Part shown: in pieces, positions 29,438-38,893 of the stretch
How positions within the stretch are numbered: the first letter of the stretch is position 1
Layout of the letters: the number at the start of each line of letters is the position of its first letter
Origin: Planctomycetota bacterium
GTDB lineage: Bacteria; Planctomycetota; UBA11346
Direction of reading: 5' to 3'
Assembly (NCBI GenBank): GCA_038231435.1
Contig: JBBRLJ010000001.1
Coordinates: 192,001-256,000, forward strand
Length of the DNA stretch: 64,000 nt
Translations under genes and position numbers: made by a program
The notes under the pieces: model-generated
Databases searched by the model: none
What the model was told of the DNA's origin: nothing
Seen by the model: the letters and a program-made list of their open reading frames with translations, nothing else

Positions 29438-30592
29438 ATGCGCGTGCTGCTGTTCTTGCTCCTCGTGCTGCTGCCCACGGTCAGCGCGTGGTCCGCGGGC
29501 AGCGAGTTCGACCGCAACCAGCCCATCGACGACGAGGACATCGAGCGCCGCTCCTTCGACGATCTCCAGCGCAAGGCCGCCTCGTACCGGGTCGAACGCA
29601 GCCACGTGCAACCGAGCGCGTCCGACGATGCCGGCGCCCTCTACCACATCGAGCATGCGCGCCATCTGATCGAGGACCGCGACGCCTGGCTGCACCTGTG
29701 GCGCGCCACCCGCACCGCCGAACGTGGCTTTCGCAAATACCCGTACAGCTCCTACGCCGGCGAGCTCCTGCAGACCGCGCTCGACGGCTACCTGGCCCGC
29801 GGGAAACTCGATGAGGTCGACGACAAGCTGGTGATGCTGTGGTTCTATCTCCCCGACTATCCGCGCATGGGCGAGGCGATGGACAAGGCTCTCGCCGCCG
29901 CCGAGTCGCGCCAGAAGTTCACCGCCTCGGTGAACCTGGACGCGGACGATCCCCAAGAGGTGATCCACATACAGGGCAAGTCCTCGCTTTCGGACGCCAA
30001 CAAGATCTTCCGCTTCCTCGCCTTGCACGGCGACCGCGAGAAGGTCGCCCCCCGGGCCGAACTCGGGCTCGCGCGCTCGCAACTGCTCAGCGGCGGCAAG
30101 GAGGACCTCTACGCGGCCCGACGCTCGTACGAGAAGTTCCTCGAGACCTATCCCGTCCACGAGCTGACCTTCACGGCGCTGGTCGAGCACGCGCTGAGCT
30201 ACCTGGTGGGATACCGCGGCGACGATTACGACAATGGCGCGCTGGTGTTCGCGGCGGCGATCATCGACCAGGCCGAGCTCGAGACCCATGGCGACGAGGA
30301 GAAATCCCGCACCGTGCTGGCCTACCGCCGACGCATCCGCTCCTGGCAGCAGGACCGCGACCTGTCGATCGCGCGCTGGTACCGCGGACGTGGCACCTTC
30401 GGCCTCCGATGGTTCAAGGAACCGCCGGGCCTGACGTCGTGGCAAGACGGCGCTCGCTACTACTACCAGGCCGTCATCGCGCGCGACAGCGGCTCGCGGC
30501 AGGCACACGAGGCCGAGCGCGAGCTCAAGGCCATCCCCGTGACGCCCGTGCGCGTCGTTATCCCGCCGGTACCAGCGGACCAGCGGCGATGA
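29438..30592 (+). CDS. Exported TPR protein, BamD-like
   Basis: Signal peptide, KYPYSSYA and FLETYP repeats, DLSIARWY, ARYYYQAVI. Confidence 0.65.
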   Translation: MRVLLFLLLVLLPTVSAWSAGSEFDRNQPIDDEDIERRSFDDLQRKAASYRVERSHVQPSASDDAGALYHIEHARHLIEDRDAWLHLWRATRTAERGFRKYPYSSYAGELLQTALDGYLARGKLDEVDDKLVMLWFYLPDYPRMGEAMDKALAAAESRQKFTASVNLDADDPQEVIHIQGKSSLSDANKIFRFLALHGDREKVAPRAELGLARSQLLSGGKEDLYAARRSYEKFLETYPVHELTFTALVEHALSYLVGYRGDDYDNGALVFAAAIIDQAELETHGDEEKSRTVLAYRRRIRSWQQDRDLSIARWYRGRGTFGLRWFKEPPGLTSWQDGARYYYQAVIARDSGSRQAHEAERELKAIPVTPVRVVIPPVPADQRR

Positions 30593-31095
30593 GCCGCCGA
30601 CACGCCCGGGGTCCGCGGGCGTTCCTGGTATCCAAGGCGATGACCGCCTTACTGGCGGCCAGCGCTCTCGCCGGCTGCTACCACGTGCGCCAGCCGCCGC
30701 AGATCGACGAACCGGTCAAGGTCGACGTGGTCGCGAACGAAGCGCGGCTGGTGCAGGCCCAGGGATATCTCCAGCGCGCGATCGGGGACTCGCTGGTCAA
30801 CCGGCTCGGCTGGCGAGTCAGTCCCGAGGGATCGGCCCGCCTCGAGATCGCCATCGCGGATGAACACATCGACGCCGCGTCCAAGGACAGCCGCGACATC
30901 ACCGTGCGCTGGAGCATCCGCGTGACCGGCACCGCGCTGCTGTGCTCGCAGAAAGGCAACGTCGTCGGCACCTTCAGCGGTGTCGGCTACTCGAGCGGGC
31001 TGGTCGATGAGAACGAGGCGCTCAAGGCCGCCGCCGAGAACGCCGCGTTCAATCTCTCGAGCTGGCTCGAGGTCGAGGTCGGCAAGCTGAAGTGA
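30589..31095 (+). CDS. Lipoprotein, LptE-like
   Basis: Lipobox LAGC-Y; ATGA overlap with the BamD-like gene. Confidence 0.6.
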   Translation: MSRRHARGPRAFLVSKAMTALLAASALAGCYHVRQPPQIDEPVKVDVVANEARLVQAQGYLQRAIGDSLVNRLGWRVSPEGSARLEIAIADEHIDAASKDSRDITVRWSIRVTGTALLCSQKGNVVGTFSGVGYSSGLVDENEALKAAAENAAFNLSSWLEVEVGKLK

Positions 31096-31132
31096 CGTCG
31101 ACGCGCGCCGGCTGGTCGTGGCCGCTACCGCG

Positions 31133-32527
31133 TCATCTCGCGAGCGCGCGCGCGGCCCTGACCGCGTCCTCGACCGCAAGCGGCCTGCCGGGCACTCCGG
31201 ATGCCACCGCGAACCGGGTTCCGGGAGCGAGCGATTCGGCGACCAGGCGGGCGAAGCCGGCTGGACGGCCGTCATCGAGCGCCACCAACGGCGCGCGCGC
31301 GCCGGCGCGATGCAGATCGTACATCGGCAACGGCGACAGGCTGGTGCATTGGAAGACGCCGGCGGCGCGGCTCTCGCCGAGCAGGCCAGCGCGCGCGCGC
31401 AGGGCGATCCCGGCGGTGGACGCGGTGCATGCCAACGTCAGGTCCGCGCCATCGGCGAGCCAGCGTCCTGAGCCAGGGGACCAGGGCTGCTCGGCTGGAT
31501 ACGCAGCCGATCCCTCGACGGCGGCGCCAGGCAGCGCGATGATGAACGCGTCCTCGGTCTCGAGGGCGCGCGCCAGCACGGCGCCGGCCTCGGCGGTGTC
31601 ACCGGGCATCGCCACCCACCAGCCGTCGAGCGCCGCCAGGTGATCGAGCGCGGGGAGATCCTCGGCGTGGCACAGCAGCTTCATCGCCAGGCCGCGCCTT
31701 CCGATGTCGCGCAGCTCGTCGAGCCAACGCATCACCGGCGCACGCGGGGGCAGGAGCCACGCAACGCGCAGGCCTTCCGCGCAGAGGTGCCCCAACGCCA
31801 GCAGCTTCGCTGGGGTATCGGGCAGCGTGCGCCATGCCGGATCGGCATGGGGAGCGAGCAGGCGCGGCTCGCGCTCGGCCATCCACGACAGCGCGCTCGC
31901 GACCGCGTCGACTGGTGAAGAAGCAGATGACGTCGGCCACGGCGCGGCGCCCCCTTTGGCCAAGGCCGCGAGATGGACGGGAGGCCACTCGCGTCGCACC
32001 GGCACGACGCCATCCAGGCGACGTGAGGTGGTCGAGCCCGATGATGGAGATGTGGCCGTGGAGGCGGATGCAACGCTCGACAGCGCCACCTGCTGCGTCG
32101 CGCCCTGGCCCCATGGCCGATCCGAGGCGACGCGACCGAAGCGCACCAGCAACCCAGGCTCGTCGACCGCCATCAGCACGTGGAGATTGTCCAGGCCGAG
32201 ACGACCGGCGAGGGTCGCGGCCTCGGCGAATAGACCATCATCGACCGCGGAGGTCACCGCGAGTACCCGGCCACCGCGCCGGCGCTCGGCGACCGCGGCG
32301 CCACAAGCTACCGCGGCCAAGCCCCCTCCGCGCAGCCCGGGCCATTCGCCCTGGTGGCCATGGGGAAGCGCATGCGCCAACGCCGGCTCGCAGAACACCC
32401 GCAGCCGGCCCGGAAAGGGCACGTCCGCGGCGAGCTCGGCGATCACCTCGGCTAGGCTGCGGCTGTGCACGTACCCTCTACTCCTGGTGGCGGCGGTCAG
32501 ACGGGGACGATGATGATCGTCGTCCAT
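31133..32527 (-). CDS. Degenerate transketolase/DXS-like protein
   Basis: EAATLAGRLGLDNL resembles the TPP domain; GSGRWLADGADLTL...TSLSPL resembles the transketolase C-terminal domain; GDG motif absent. Confidence 0.6.
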   Translation of the reverse strand: MDDDHHRPRLTAATRSRGYVHSRSLAEVIAELAADVPFPGRLRVFCEPALAHALPHGHQGEWPGLRGGGLAAVACGAAVAERRRGGRVLAVTSAVDDGLFAEAATLAGRLGLDNLHVLMAVDEPGLLVRFGRVASDRPWGQGATQQVALSSVASASTATSPSSGSTTSRRLDGVVPVRREWPPVHLAALAKGGAAPWPTSSASSPVDAVASALSWMAEREPRLLAPHADPAWRTLPDTPAKLLALGHLCAEGLRVAWLLPPRAPVMRWLDELRDIGRRGLAMKLLCHAEDLPALDHLAALDGWWVAMPGDTAEAGAVLARALETEDAFIIALPGAAVEGSAAYPAEQPWSPGSGRWLADGADLTLACTASTAGIALRARAGLLGESRAAGVFQCTSLSPLPMYDLHRAGARAPLVALDDGRPAGFARLVAESLAPGTRFAVASGVPGRPLAVEDAVRAARALAR

Positions 32528-32602
32528 CGGAGTGAACGGGAAACGCCCCGGCCCGCCTGGCAGCGGTCACTCTGACCATTCCTGAGCCCCACCGGAGCCC
32601 TC

Positions 32603-32989
32603 ATGCCCACCGTCGCCATCGTCGGAGCCTCGCCCAAACCCGAGCGCTACAGCCACACGGCGGTGCTCAAGTACCGCGAGCGCGGCTGGACGGTGTGGCC
32701 GATCAACCCGGCCAAGCAGACCGTGGATGGGATCCCGGCGTACGCCTCGCTAGCCGAGCTCCCGGGCAAGCCCGACATCGTCTGCATGTACGTGAATCCA
32801 AAGGCTGGCGCCGAGATGCTCGACCAGATCGTCGCGGCCGCGCCCAGGATCCTGTGGCTGAATCCGGGCGCCGATGGCGAGCCGCTGAGCTCGGCCGCGA
32901 AGGCCCGCGGTCTGCGGGTGGTGGAATCGTGCACGCTGGTGGCGCTTGGCTACGGCGATCCGCTCGAGGTCGCCGACCGCATGACGTGA
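32603..32989 (+). CDS. CoA-binding protein (YccU-like)
   Basis: VAIVGASPKPERYS, PINP, WLNPG, CTLV. Confidence 0.92.
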   Translation: MPTVAIVGASPKPERYSHTAVLKYRERGWTVWPINPAKQTVDGIPAYASLAELPGKPDIVCMYVNPKAGAEMLDQIVAAAPRILWLNPGADGEPLSSAAKARGLRVVESCTLVALGYGDPLEVADRMT

Positions 32990-33053
32990 TGGGGCAGTGT
33001 AGGACCGTCGACAGTTTCCGCCGGACTGTCCCCGGCGGGCGATTCCCCCACAG

Positions 33054-34037
33054 CTATTCGCCTTGGGCGTAGCCTTCGACCAGCACGGTGTGCTCGTCAT
33101 AACCGCCGAGGCTACCCTCGAGCTCGCCATCCTGCCCCTGCAGACTGATGATCTTGCCCTTGTCAGGCTTGGCGATCGTGCCCGAGGACGGGATGAGATG
33201 AAGGACGCAGTACGGGCCCGAGGCGGTGACGTCGGTGCGCTCGTTGTTGAAGTTCACCGTCGCATCGCCACCGGCGTCCTCCGCGCGCGCCTTCTTGCCC
33301 AGCAGCAGCACCACCGTCCAACCGCCGGGAGCAGGGGCGAAGGTGGCCGAACCCAGGCAGCGGCCGCACACCGACAGGCGCTTGTGCGCGGTGAAAGCGT
33401 GGCCGTCGACGTCTTTGGTTCCGGTGGCGGATCCACCGACGCGCACCTTGCCGTCGATCGCTCCGGCCTCGGGCGGCTTCATCGTCAGGTCAGTGCCGCC
33501 CAGCATCGCGATGACCACGATCAGCAGCACCACGCCGGCGACGATGCCGCCGATCGCCGCGGGCTTCTTGAACCACGGCGTCTCGACCTCGTCGTCCGGG
33601 CTCTTGTCGCACTTGCGGCAGGTCGGTCGGCCCGGCTTGTTGCCGGTGCCGCAATGCGGGCAGGTCCACAGATCCTTGCGCGATCCTGGCTTGAGGTCGG
33701 GATCGATGGGATCGTCAACCGGGGGCGGCGGAGCGGCGGGTCGCGGCGCCTTGGGCTTGGCTTGGCCGGGATCGTCGAGCACCGGGTGCATGGTCGCGGG
33801 AGTCTTCTCCGTCGCATTGCGCGCATCGGAGGGCGGCGCCGCCGTCGGGTCGGGCGCGTAGCTCTTCTTGGCCTTCGGCGCGGGCGCGGGACTGTCCTCG
33901 AATTCGTAGCTGGGCGCGGCAGCGGGCTTGAGCGGCGGCTGCGCGGCCGACTGTTTGGCGATGGCGCCGGTCGCCGGCTTCTTCGCCTTCGCCTGCTCGT
34001 CGTCGCCTTCGAAACCTGGGAACTGCTGATCGGTCAT
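33054..34037 (-). CDS. Bitopic membrane protein with RanBP2-type zinc finger
   Basis: Pro/Ala/Lys-rich N-terminus, WTCPHCGTGNKPGRPTCRKC, one TM helix, extracytoplasmic domain. Confidence 0.78.
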   Translation of the reverse strand: MTDQQFPGFEGDDEQAKAKKPATGAIAKQSAAQPPLKPAAAPSYEFEDSPAPAPKAKKSYAPDPTAAPPSDARNATEKTPATMHPVLDDPGQAKPKAPRPAAPPPPVDDPIDPDLKPGSRKDLWTCPHCGTGNKPGRPTCRKCDKSPDDEVETPWFKKPAAIGGIVAGVVLLIVVIAMLGGTDLTMKPPEAGAIDGKVRVGGSATGTKDVDGHAFTAHKRLSVCGRCLGSATFAPAPGGWTVVLLLGKKARAEDAGGDATVNFNNERTDVTASGPYCVLHLIPSSGTIAKPDKGKIISLQGQDGELEGSLGGYDEHTVLVEGYAQGE

Positions 34038-34063
34038 GGGGTCCTCCGTGCGTTCGCCGCTCG

Positions 34064-35461
34064 TCAGTGGCCGGCGATCAGCTGGGCGCCGATAGCCTGC
34101 CGCACCGCCACGGCAAGGTGACTGGCTTCGGCCGCTGTCGGCGCCTCGGCTATCACACGGCTGGCCGGCTCGGTGCCCGAGGCGCGCAGGTGCACCCAGC
34201 GGTCGCTCCAGGACAACTTGAGACCGTCAGCGGTGTCCATGGTGGAGCCCTTCGCCACCGCGTGCGCCCGCAGCACCTCGATGGCCTTCGCCACCCCGGG
34301 CCGATCGAGCGCCACCTTTTCTTTGTGCATGGCGTAGCGCGGGATCGCCGCCACCGCCTCGCTGGAACTCACGCGCGAGCGCGCGAGGTGCTCGAGCACC
34401 AGCGCCATGCCGATGTGGCTGTCGCGGCCCCATACGACGCGCGGATCGATGATGCCGCCGTTGCCTTCGCCGCCGATCAACGCGCGATGCTTCTGCATGG
34501 CATCGACCACGTGCGCCTCGCCCACCTTGGAACGCACCACGCGAGCGCCGTGGCGCGCTGCCACGTCCTCGAGCATGCGGCTGGTCGAGAGGTTGGTGCA
34601 CGCGACCAGATCCTTCTGCCCGGCCGCCGCGGCCTGGCCCATGCGGCCGGCGGCGCACAGCACCAGGGTATATTCCTCGCCGACGTAGACGCCGTGGTCG
34701 TCGATGATCGCGAGCCGGTCGGCATCCGGATCCTGGACGAAGCCGATGTGCGCGCCGGCGCCGGCGACCATGCCGCCAGTGCGCTTGACGTTGGCTGCGG
34801 TCGGCTCGGGATCGCGCGGAAACACCAGCTCAGGCCGCGAGTACAGCGGCACCACGTCGCAGCCGAGCGCGGCCAGCAGGCGCGGACCCAACTCCGACCC
34901 GGCTCCGTTGACGCTGTCGAGCACGACGGTCAGCCGCGCCGCGCGGATGAGCTGGACGTCCACGGCCGCGAGCACGCGCGCCAGGTGCACATCGAGCGCC
35001 TCGGTGAACGCGCGCTGGCCGCCGCAGCCGTCCCAGCGCTTCCACGCCGGCGCGCCGGCGCGATAGGCGGCGAGCACGGTATCGAGCTGGGCCTGATCGA
35101 CGTTGCGCCCGTCGCCCGAGAAGAATTTCAGCGCGTTCCATTCGACCGGATTGTGGCTGGCTGAGATCTGGATGCCGCCGGCGGCGCCGAGATGAGCGAT
35201 GGTGATGGGCACCGTCGGCGTCGGAACCATGCCGATGTCGATCACCTGGCAGCCGACCGCGCGCAGTCCCGCGGCGCAGGCCTGGGCCAGCATCTGCCCG
35301 GTCGGCCGGCTGTCGCGGCCGAGCACCACCGCCCCCCCGTTGGCGACCGTCGCGCCGTACGCGCATGCCAGGCGCAACACCTCGGCGACATCGAGCGTGT
35401 CGCCGACGACGCCACGGATGCCCGAGACCGAGACCACACAGCGCAGGGACTCGTTGGACAT
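34064..35461 (-). CDS. Phosphohexomutase (phosphoglucosamine mutase / phosphomannomutase family)
   Basis: SGIRG, SASHNP, DPDADR, GEGNGG, RASGTEP. Confidence 0.93.
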   Translation of the reverse strand: MSNESLRCVVSVSGIRGVVGDTLDVAEVLRLACAYGATVANGGAVVLGRDSRPTGQMLAQACAAGLRAVGCQVIDIGMVPTPTVPITIAHLGAAGGIQISASHNPVEWNALKFFSGDGRNVDQAQLDTVLAAYRAGAPAWKRWDGCGGQRAFTEALDVHLARVLAAVDVQLIRAARLTVVLDSVNGAGSELGPRLLAALGCDVVPLYSRPELVFPRDPEPTAANVKRTGGMVAGAGAHIGFVQDPDADRLAIIDDHGVYVGEEYTLVLCAAGRMGQAAAAGQKDLVACTNLSTSRMLEDVAARHGARVVRSKVGEAHVVDAMQKHRALIGGEGNGGIIDPRVVWGRDSHIGMALVLEHLARSRVSSSEAVAAIPRYAMHKEKVALDRPGVAKAIEVLRAHAVAKGSTMDTADGLKLSWSDRWVHLRASGTEPASRVIAEAPTAAEASHLAVAVRQAIGAQLIAGH

Positions 35462-35599
35462 CCCCCTAGCCCATCCGCGCGGCCCGGGAAATCAAGAAAT
35501 CGCATCGCCAGCCTGCGCTGAACGCATGCCTCTCAGAGGCCGGGAATGATCCGATGTCCGCGATCGCGGGTTGCAGGCGGGACCGGTGCCAGAACATCC

Positions 35600-35615
35600 C
35601 GGCACGCTCGCTGCC
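35600..35615 (+). promoter_or_regulatory. Weak sigma54-like element upstream of the halogenase-like gene
   Basis: CGGCACGCTCGCTGCC, GG-N10-GC spacing. Confidence 0.3.
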
Positions 35616-35624
35616 GGCCTGCGA

Positions 35625-35656
35625 GCGGACATCGGGCGGACATCGGGCGGACATCG
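35625..35656. repeat. 11-bp tandem repeat (GCGGACATCGG)x3
   Basis: Directly visible before the AAAGGAG RBS. Confidence 0.75.
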
Positions 35657-35672
35657 AGAGAAAGGAGTCTCC

Positions 35673-36863
35673 ATGAAGGTCGGCATCATCGGCGGAGGTC
35701 CCGGCGGAGCGGTCACCGCCGCCACCCTGGCGCGCCTCGGACACCAGGCGCACATCTACGAGATGGAGGTGTTCCCCCGCTTCCACATCGGCGAGAGCCT
35801 GCTGCCGACGAACATGCCGATCTACGAGGAGCTGGGCATCTCGCGCGAGGTCATGCAGCGGCATTCCTACATGCCGAAGCATGCCGCCCATTTCGAGCAC
35901 GTCGCCTCCGGCCGAACCGTGCGCTTCCGTTTCGCCGAGGCGCTGCCAGGTGATCCGCCCTCGATCTTCCAGGTCGAACGCTCGCGCTTCGACAAGCTGC
36001 TGCTCGACACCGCCGTCGCCAAGGGCGCAATCCTGCATTGCCCGGTCCAGGTCGCCAAGGTCGACCTGGAGACGCGATCCATCCATCATGCAGGAGGATC
36101 GGAGAGCTTCGATTTCATCGTCGATGCTTCGGGGCGCGAGACCCTGCTCGGGCGCCAGCTGGGCATCGTCGACCGCGAAGGCGACCTGATGCGCGCGGCA
36201 GTGTTCGGCCACGTCGCCGATCTGCCGCTCGCGCCCGGGGCAGAAAAGGGCGACATCTCGATCGCCAAGGCCGACGCAGGCTGGTGCTGGCAGATTCCCC
36301 TGGAAGAGCACAAGTGGTCGATCGGGCTCGTGCTCAAACGCGACAAGGTGATCAAGGGCGGCACGCCCGCCGACGTCTTCCGCAACAACCTCGCCTTCTT
36401 TCCGCAGGTCGCCGGGCGCCTCGCAGGCAAGATCCCCGACCCGGTGCGCTCGATCCCGAACATCAGCTACCGCGTGCGCGAGCGCATCGGCGCTCGCTAC
36501 GCTTTGCTTGGCGATGCCGGTGGGTTCATCGATCCGATCTTCTCGTCGGGTGTGCTGCTCGCGACGCGCGCGGGCTCACGGCTCGGCAAGGTCTTGCACG
36601 CCGGCGGACCCGACGCCGACCTGAACGAGTGGAAGGCGCAGACCGATCACGACCTGGCGACGTTCTTCGGCTTCATCCGCCTGTGGTACGACGGCCATTT
36701 CGTCGACAACCTGTTCTTCGCCGAGAACAAGGATGACGCCATATCGCGCGGCATCGTCAGCCTGCTCGCTGGCGATACCACGCACCCCGACAACGTCTTC
36801 CTGAACATGCTCACCAACCGCATGCGCCGCCAGAACGCCAAGACCCTGCTGCCAGAACCGTAG
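35673..36863 (+). CDS. FAD-dependent halogenase-family oxidoreductase
   Basis: GGGPGG, FPRFHIGESLLP, DASGR, GWCWQIPL, GDAGGFIDPIFSSGV. Confidence 0.85.
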   Translation: MKVGIIGGGPGGAVTAATLARLGHQAHIYEMEVFPRFHIGESLLPTNMPIYEELGISREVMQRHSYMPKHAAHFEHVASGRTVRFRFAEALPGDPPSIFQVERSRFDKLLLDTAVAKGAILHCPVQVAKVDLETRSIHHAGGSESFDFIVDASGRETLLGRQLGIVDREGDLMRAAVFGHVADLPLAPGAEKGDISIAKADAGWCWQIPLEEHKWSIGLVLKRDKVIKGGTPADVFRNNLAFFPQVAGRLAGKIPDPVRSIPNISYRVRERIGARYALLGDAGGFIDPIFSSGVLLATRAGSRLGKVLHAGGPDADLNEWKAQTDHDLATFFGFIRLWYDGHFVDNLFFAENKDDAISRGIVSLLAGDTTHPDNVFLNMLTNRMRRQNAKTLLPEP

Positions 36864-37002
36864 ACCTCCCGACAGCTGATCCGCCACCCGACAACCAAGC
36901 GCATGTGTGAGCACGCTCGCGGCCCGGACCGCATTCTGGCTCGCGGCGGGTGCGCACGGTCGTCCACTGCATGCGAGCACCGGCGACGGGCTCGCTGGAA
37001 CC

Positions 37003-38109
37003 ATGCCGGATCCCCTCCTCGTCTGCGTCGGCTCCTACGCTTCGGCCGACCAGCCAGGGATCCGACTCCTGCGGCTCGACCCTGACAGCGGGGCGCTCAC
37101 GCCCGCGGGTTCGGCCTCGGGCGTCACGAATCCCTCCTTCCTGGCCGTGCATCCGGACGGCACCTCGCTGTACGCCGTCGAGGAGGTCGGCTCCAGGCCT
37201 GATGACGCCAGCGGACGGGTGCACGCCTTCGCGTTGGATGCGCAGGCGGCGACGCTGACCCATCTTGGCGATAGGTCTTCGCTGGGAGCGAGCCCATGCC
37301 ATCTGGCCGTGGACCGCTCGGGAAGGCACGTACTGGTGGCCAACTACCACAGCGGCAGCGTCGCGATGCTACCGCTCGGTAGAGGCGGCGGGTTTGGACC
37401 AGGCGGCATCACGCTGCGCCATCGCGGGCTCGGCTTCATCGATGAAGACAGCGGCGAGCACGACGCGCGGCAGGACGGACCCCACGTCCACGCCGTGGCC
37501 ATCGATCGCGGCGACCGTTTCGCGCTGGTCGCCGATCTCGGGCTCGACCGCATCTTCGTCTACCGCTTCGATGCCCAGGCCGGGACGCTGGCGGCGCATG
37601 ACCCGGCCTCGGTGGAGATGCCCCATGGGTCAGGGCCACGCCAGCTGGCGTGGTCGCCAACGGGAACGCGCCTGTACGCCATCAACGAGCTGACCTCCAC
37701 GCTCACCGCGTTCTCGTTCGATGCTGGGCTCGGGCGCTTGCATGCGTTCCAGACCATCTCCACCAGGCCGGCGGGAGCGGTCGGCGAGAACTGGGCCTCG
37801 CAGCTCGCGGTGTCAGCGGACGGCCGTTTCCTCTACGCCTCCAATCGCGGCGACGATGCGCTCGCCATCGTCGCGATCGATGCCGGCAGCGGTGGGCTCA
37901 TCCCGCGCGGGCATCGCCCAAGCGCCGGGAAGTGCCCACGCCACTTCGCCCTCGACCCGAGCGGACGCTGGCTGCTGATCGCCAACCAACACTCCGACAC
38001 CGTGGTGGTCCTACCCGTCGATCGGCACACAGGGGCGCTCGGCGATGTGGCTGCCACCGCGACCATTCCCAAGCCGACGTGCATTTGCCCGGTGCCCCAG
38101 GGGGACTGA
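37003..38109 (+). CDS. pgl: Lactonase family protein (6-phosphogluconolactonase, 7-bladed propeller)
   Basis: NPSFLA, ANYHSGS, RQDGPHVH, DLGLD, GSGPR, YASNRG, PRHF. Confidence 0.88.
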   Translation: MPDPLLVCVGSYASADQPGIRLLRLDPDSGALTPAGSASGVTNPSFLAVHPDGTSLYAVEEVGSRPDDASGRVHAFALDAQAATLTHLGDRSSLGASPCHLAVDRSGRHVLVANYHSGSVAMLPLGRGGGFGPGGITLRHRGLGFIDEDSGEHDARQDGPHVHAVAIDRGDRFALVADLGLDRIFVYRFDAQAGTLAAHDPASVEMPHGSGPRQLAWSPTGTRLYAINELTSTLTAFSFDAGLGRLHAFQTISTRPAGAVGENWASQLAVSADGRFLYASNRGDDALAIVAIDAGSGGLIPRGHRPSAGKCPRHFALDPSGRWLLIANQHSDTVVVLPVDRHTGALGDVAATATIPKPTCICPVPQGD

Positions 38110-38266
38110 GATCGGCGGGTTCTGCGGATCGTTCAGAGGTTCGTTCCACGGGTGCTCTGCGTATTCCCGTTGTACAGATCATCTGCCGTTTACGGCAGCT
38201 CTGCCCCGCGGGTACGGTGAACAGCGCACCGTCTTGTGCCGTAGCGCGCGCTCACATACTTTGGCC

Positions 38267-38830
38267 ATGGCTCGACCCCCGAAGGCACGCACTCCGCTCA
38301 AGCAAGCGGCCTTGGAACTGTTCGTCGACCAGGGCGTGCACGCCACCGGCATCCGCGACATCGCCAAGCACGCGGGCTGCTCCGAAGCCGCGCTCTACCG
38401 CCATTGGAAGAACAAGGACGACCTGGTGGTGAGCCTGTTCACCGAGCACCTCGGCGAGGTGCGGGCCATCCTCGACGCCGCCATCCAGTCCGAGACCACT
38501 CTCGACGGCAAGGTCCACGCCGCGAGCAAGGCCTGCTACAAGCTCTATGACGAGCAGCCGCAGGTGTTCCGCTTCGTGCTGCTGGTCCAGCACGAGCTCT
38601 CGCGTACCTTGCCGACGGACCTGCGCATGCCGCAGGACGTGGTCGCGGACATGGCCAAGGAGGGCATCAAGCGCGGCGAGGCCAAGGGCGATCCGATGCT
38701 CATGGCCGCCGCGGTGATCGGCATCTTCCTCGAGACCGCGGTGTTCGTGCTCTACGGTCGCCTCGAAGGACCGCTATCGAAGTATGCAGGACCTGTGGCC
38801 GAATCCGCTCTGCGCGTATTGAGGAAGTGA
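38267..38830 (+). CDS. TetR/AcrR family regulator
   Basis: AALELFVDQGVHATGIRDIAKHAGCSEAALYRHWKNKDDL. Confidence 0.95.
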   Translation: MARPPKARTPLKQAALELFVDQGVHATGIRDIAKHAGCSEAALYRHWKNKDDLVVSLFTEHLGEVRAILDAAIQSETTLDGKVHAASKACYKLYDEQPQVFRFVLLVQHELSRTLPTDLRMPQDVVADMAKEGIKRGEAKGDPMLMAAAVIGIFLETAVFVLYGRLEGPLSKYAGPVAESALRVLRK

Positions 38831-38891
38831 GTGGAGTGTGGTGTGTAGTGGATGGAAAAACCACACGCCACACACCACCCACCAAACACTC
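38829..38891. repeat. Imperfect inverted repeat of GTGTG-type units between convergent genes (possible bidirectional terminator)
   Basis: gagtggagtgtggtgtgtagtggatgg-aaaaa-ccacacgccacacaccacccaccaaacactc. Confidence 0.5.
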
Positions 38892-38893
38892 GT

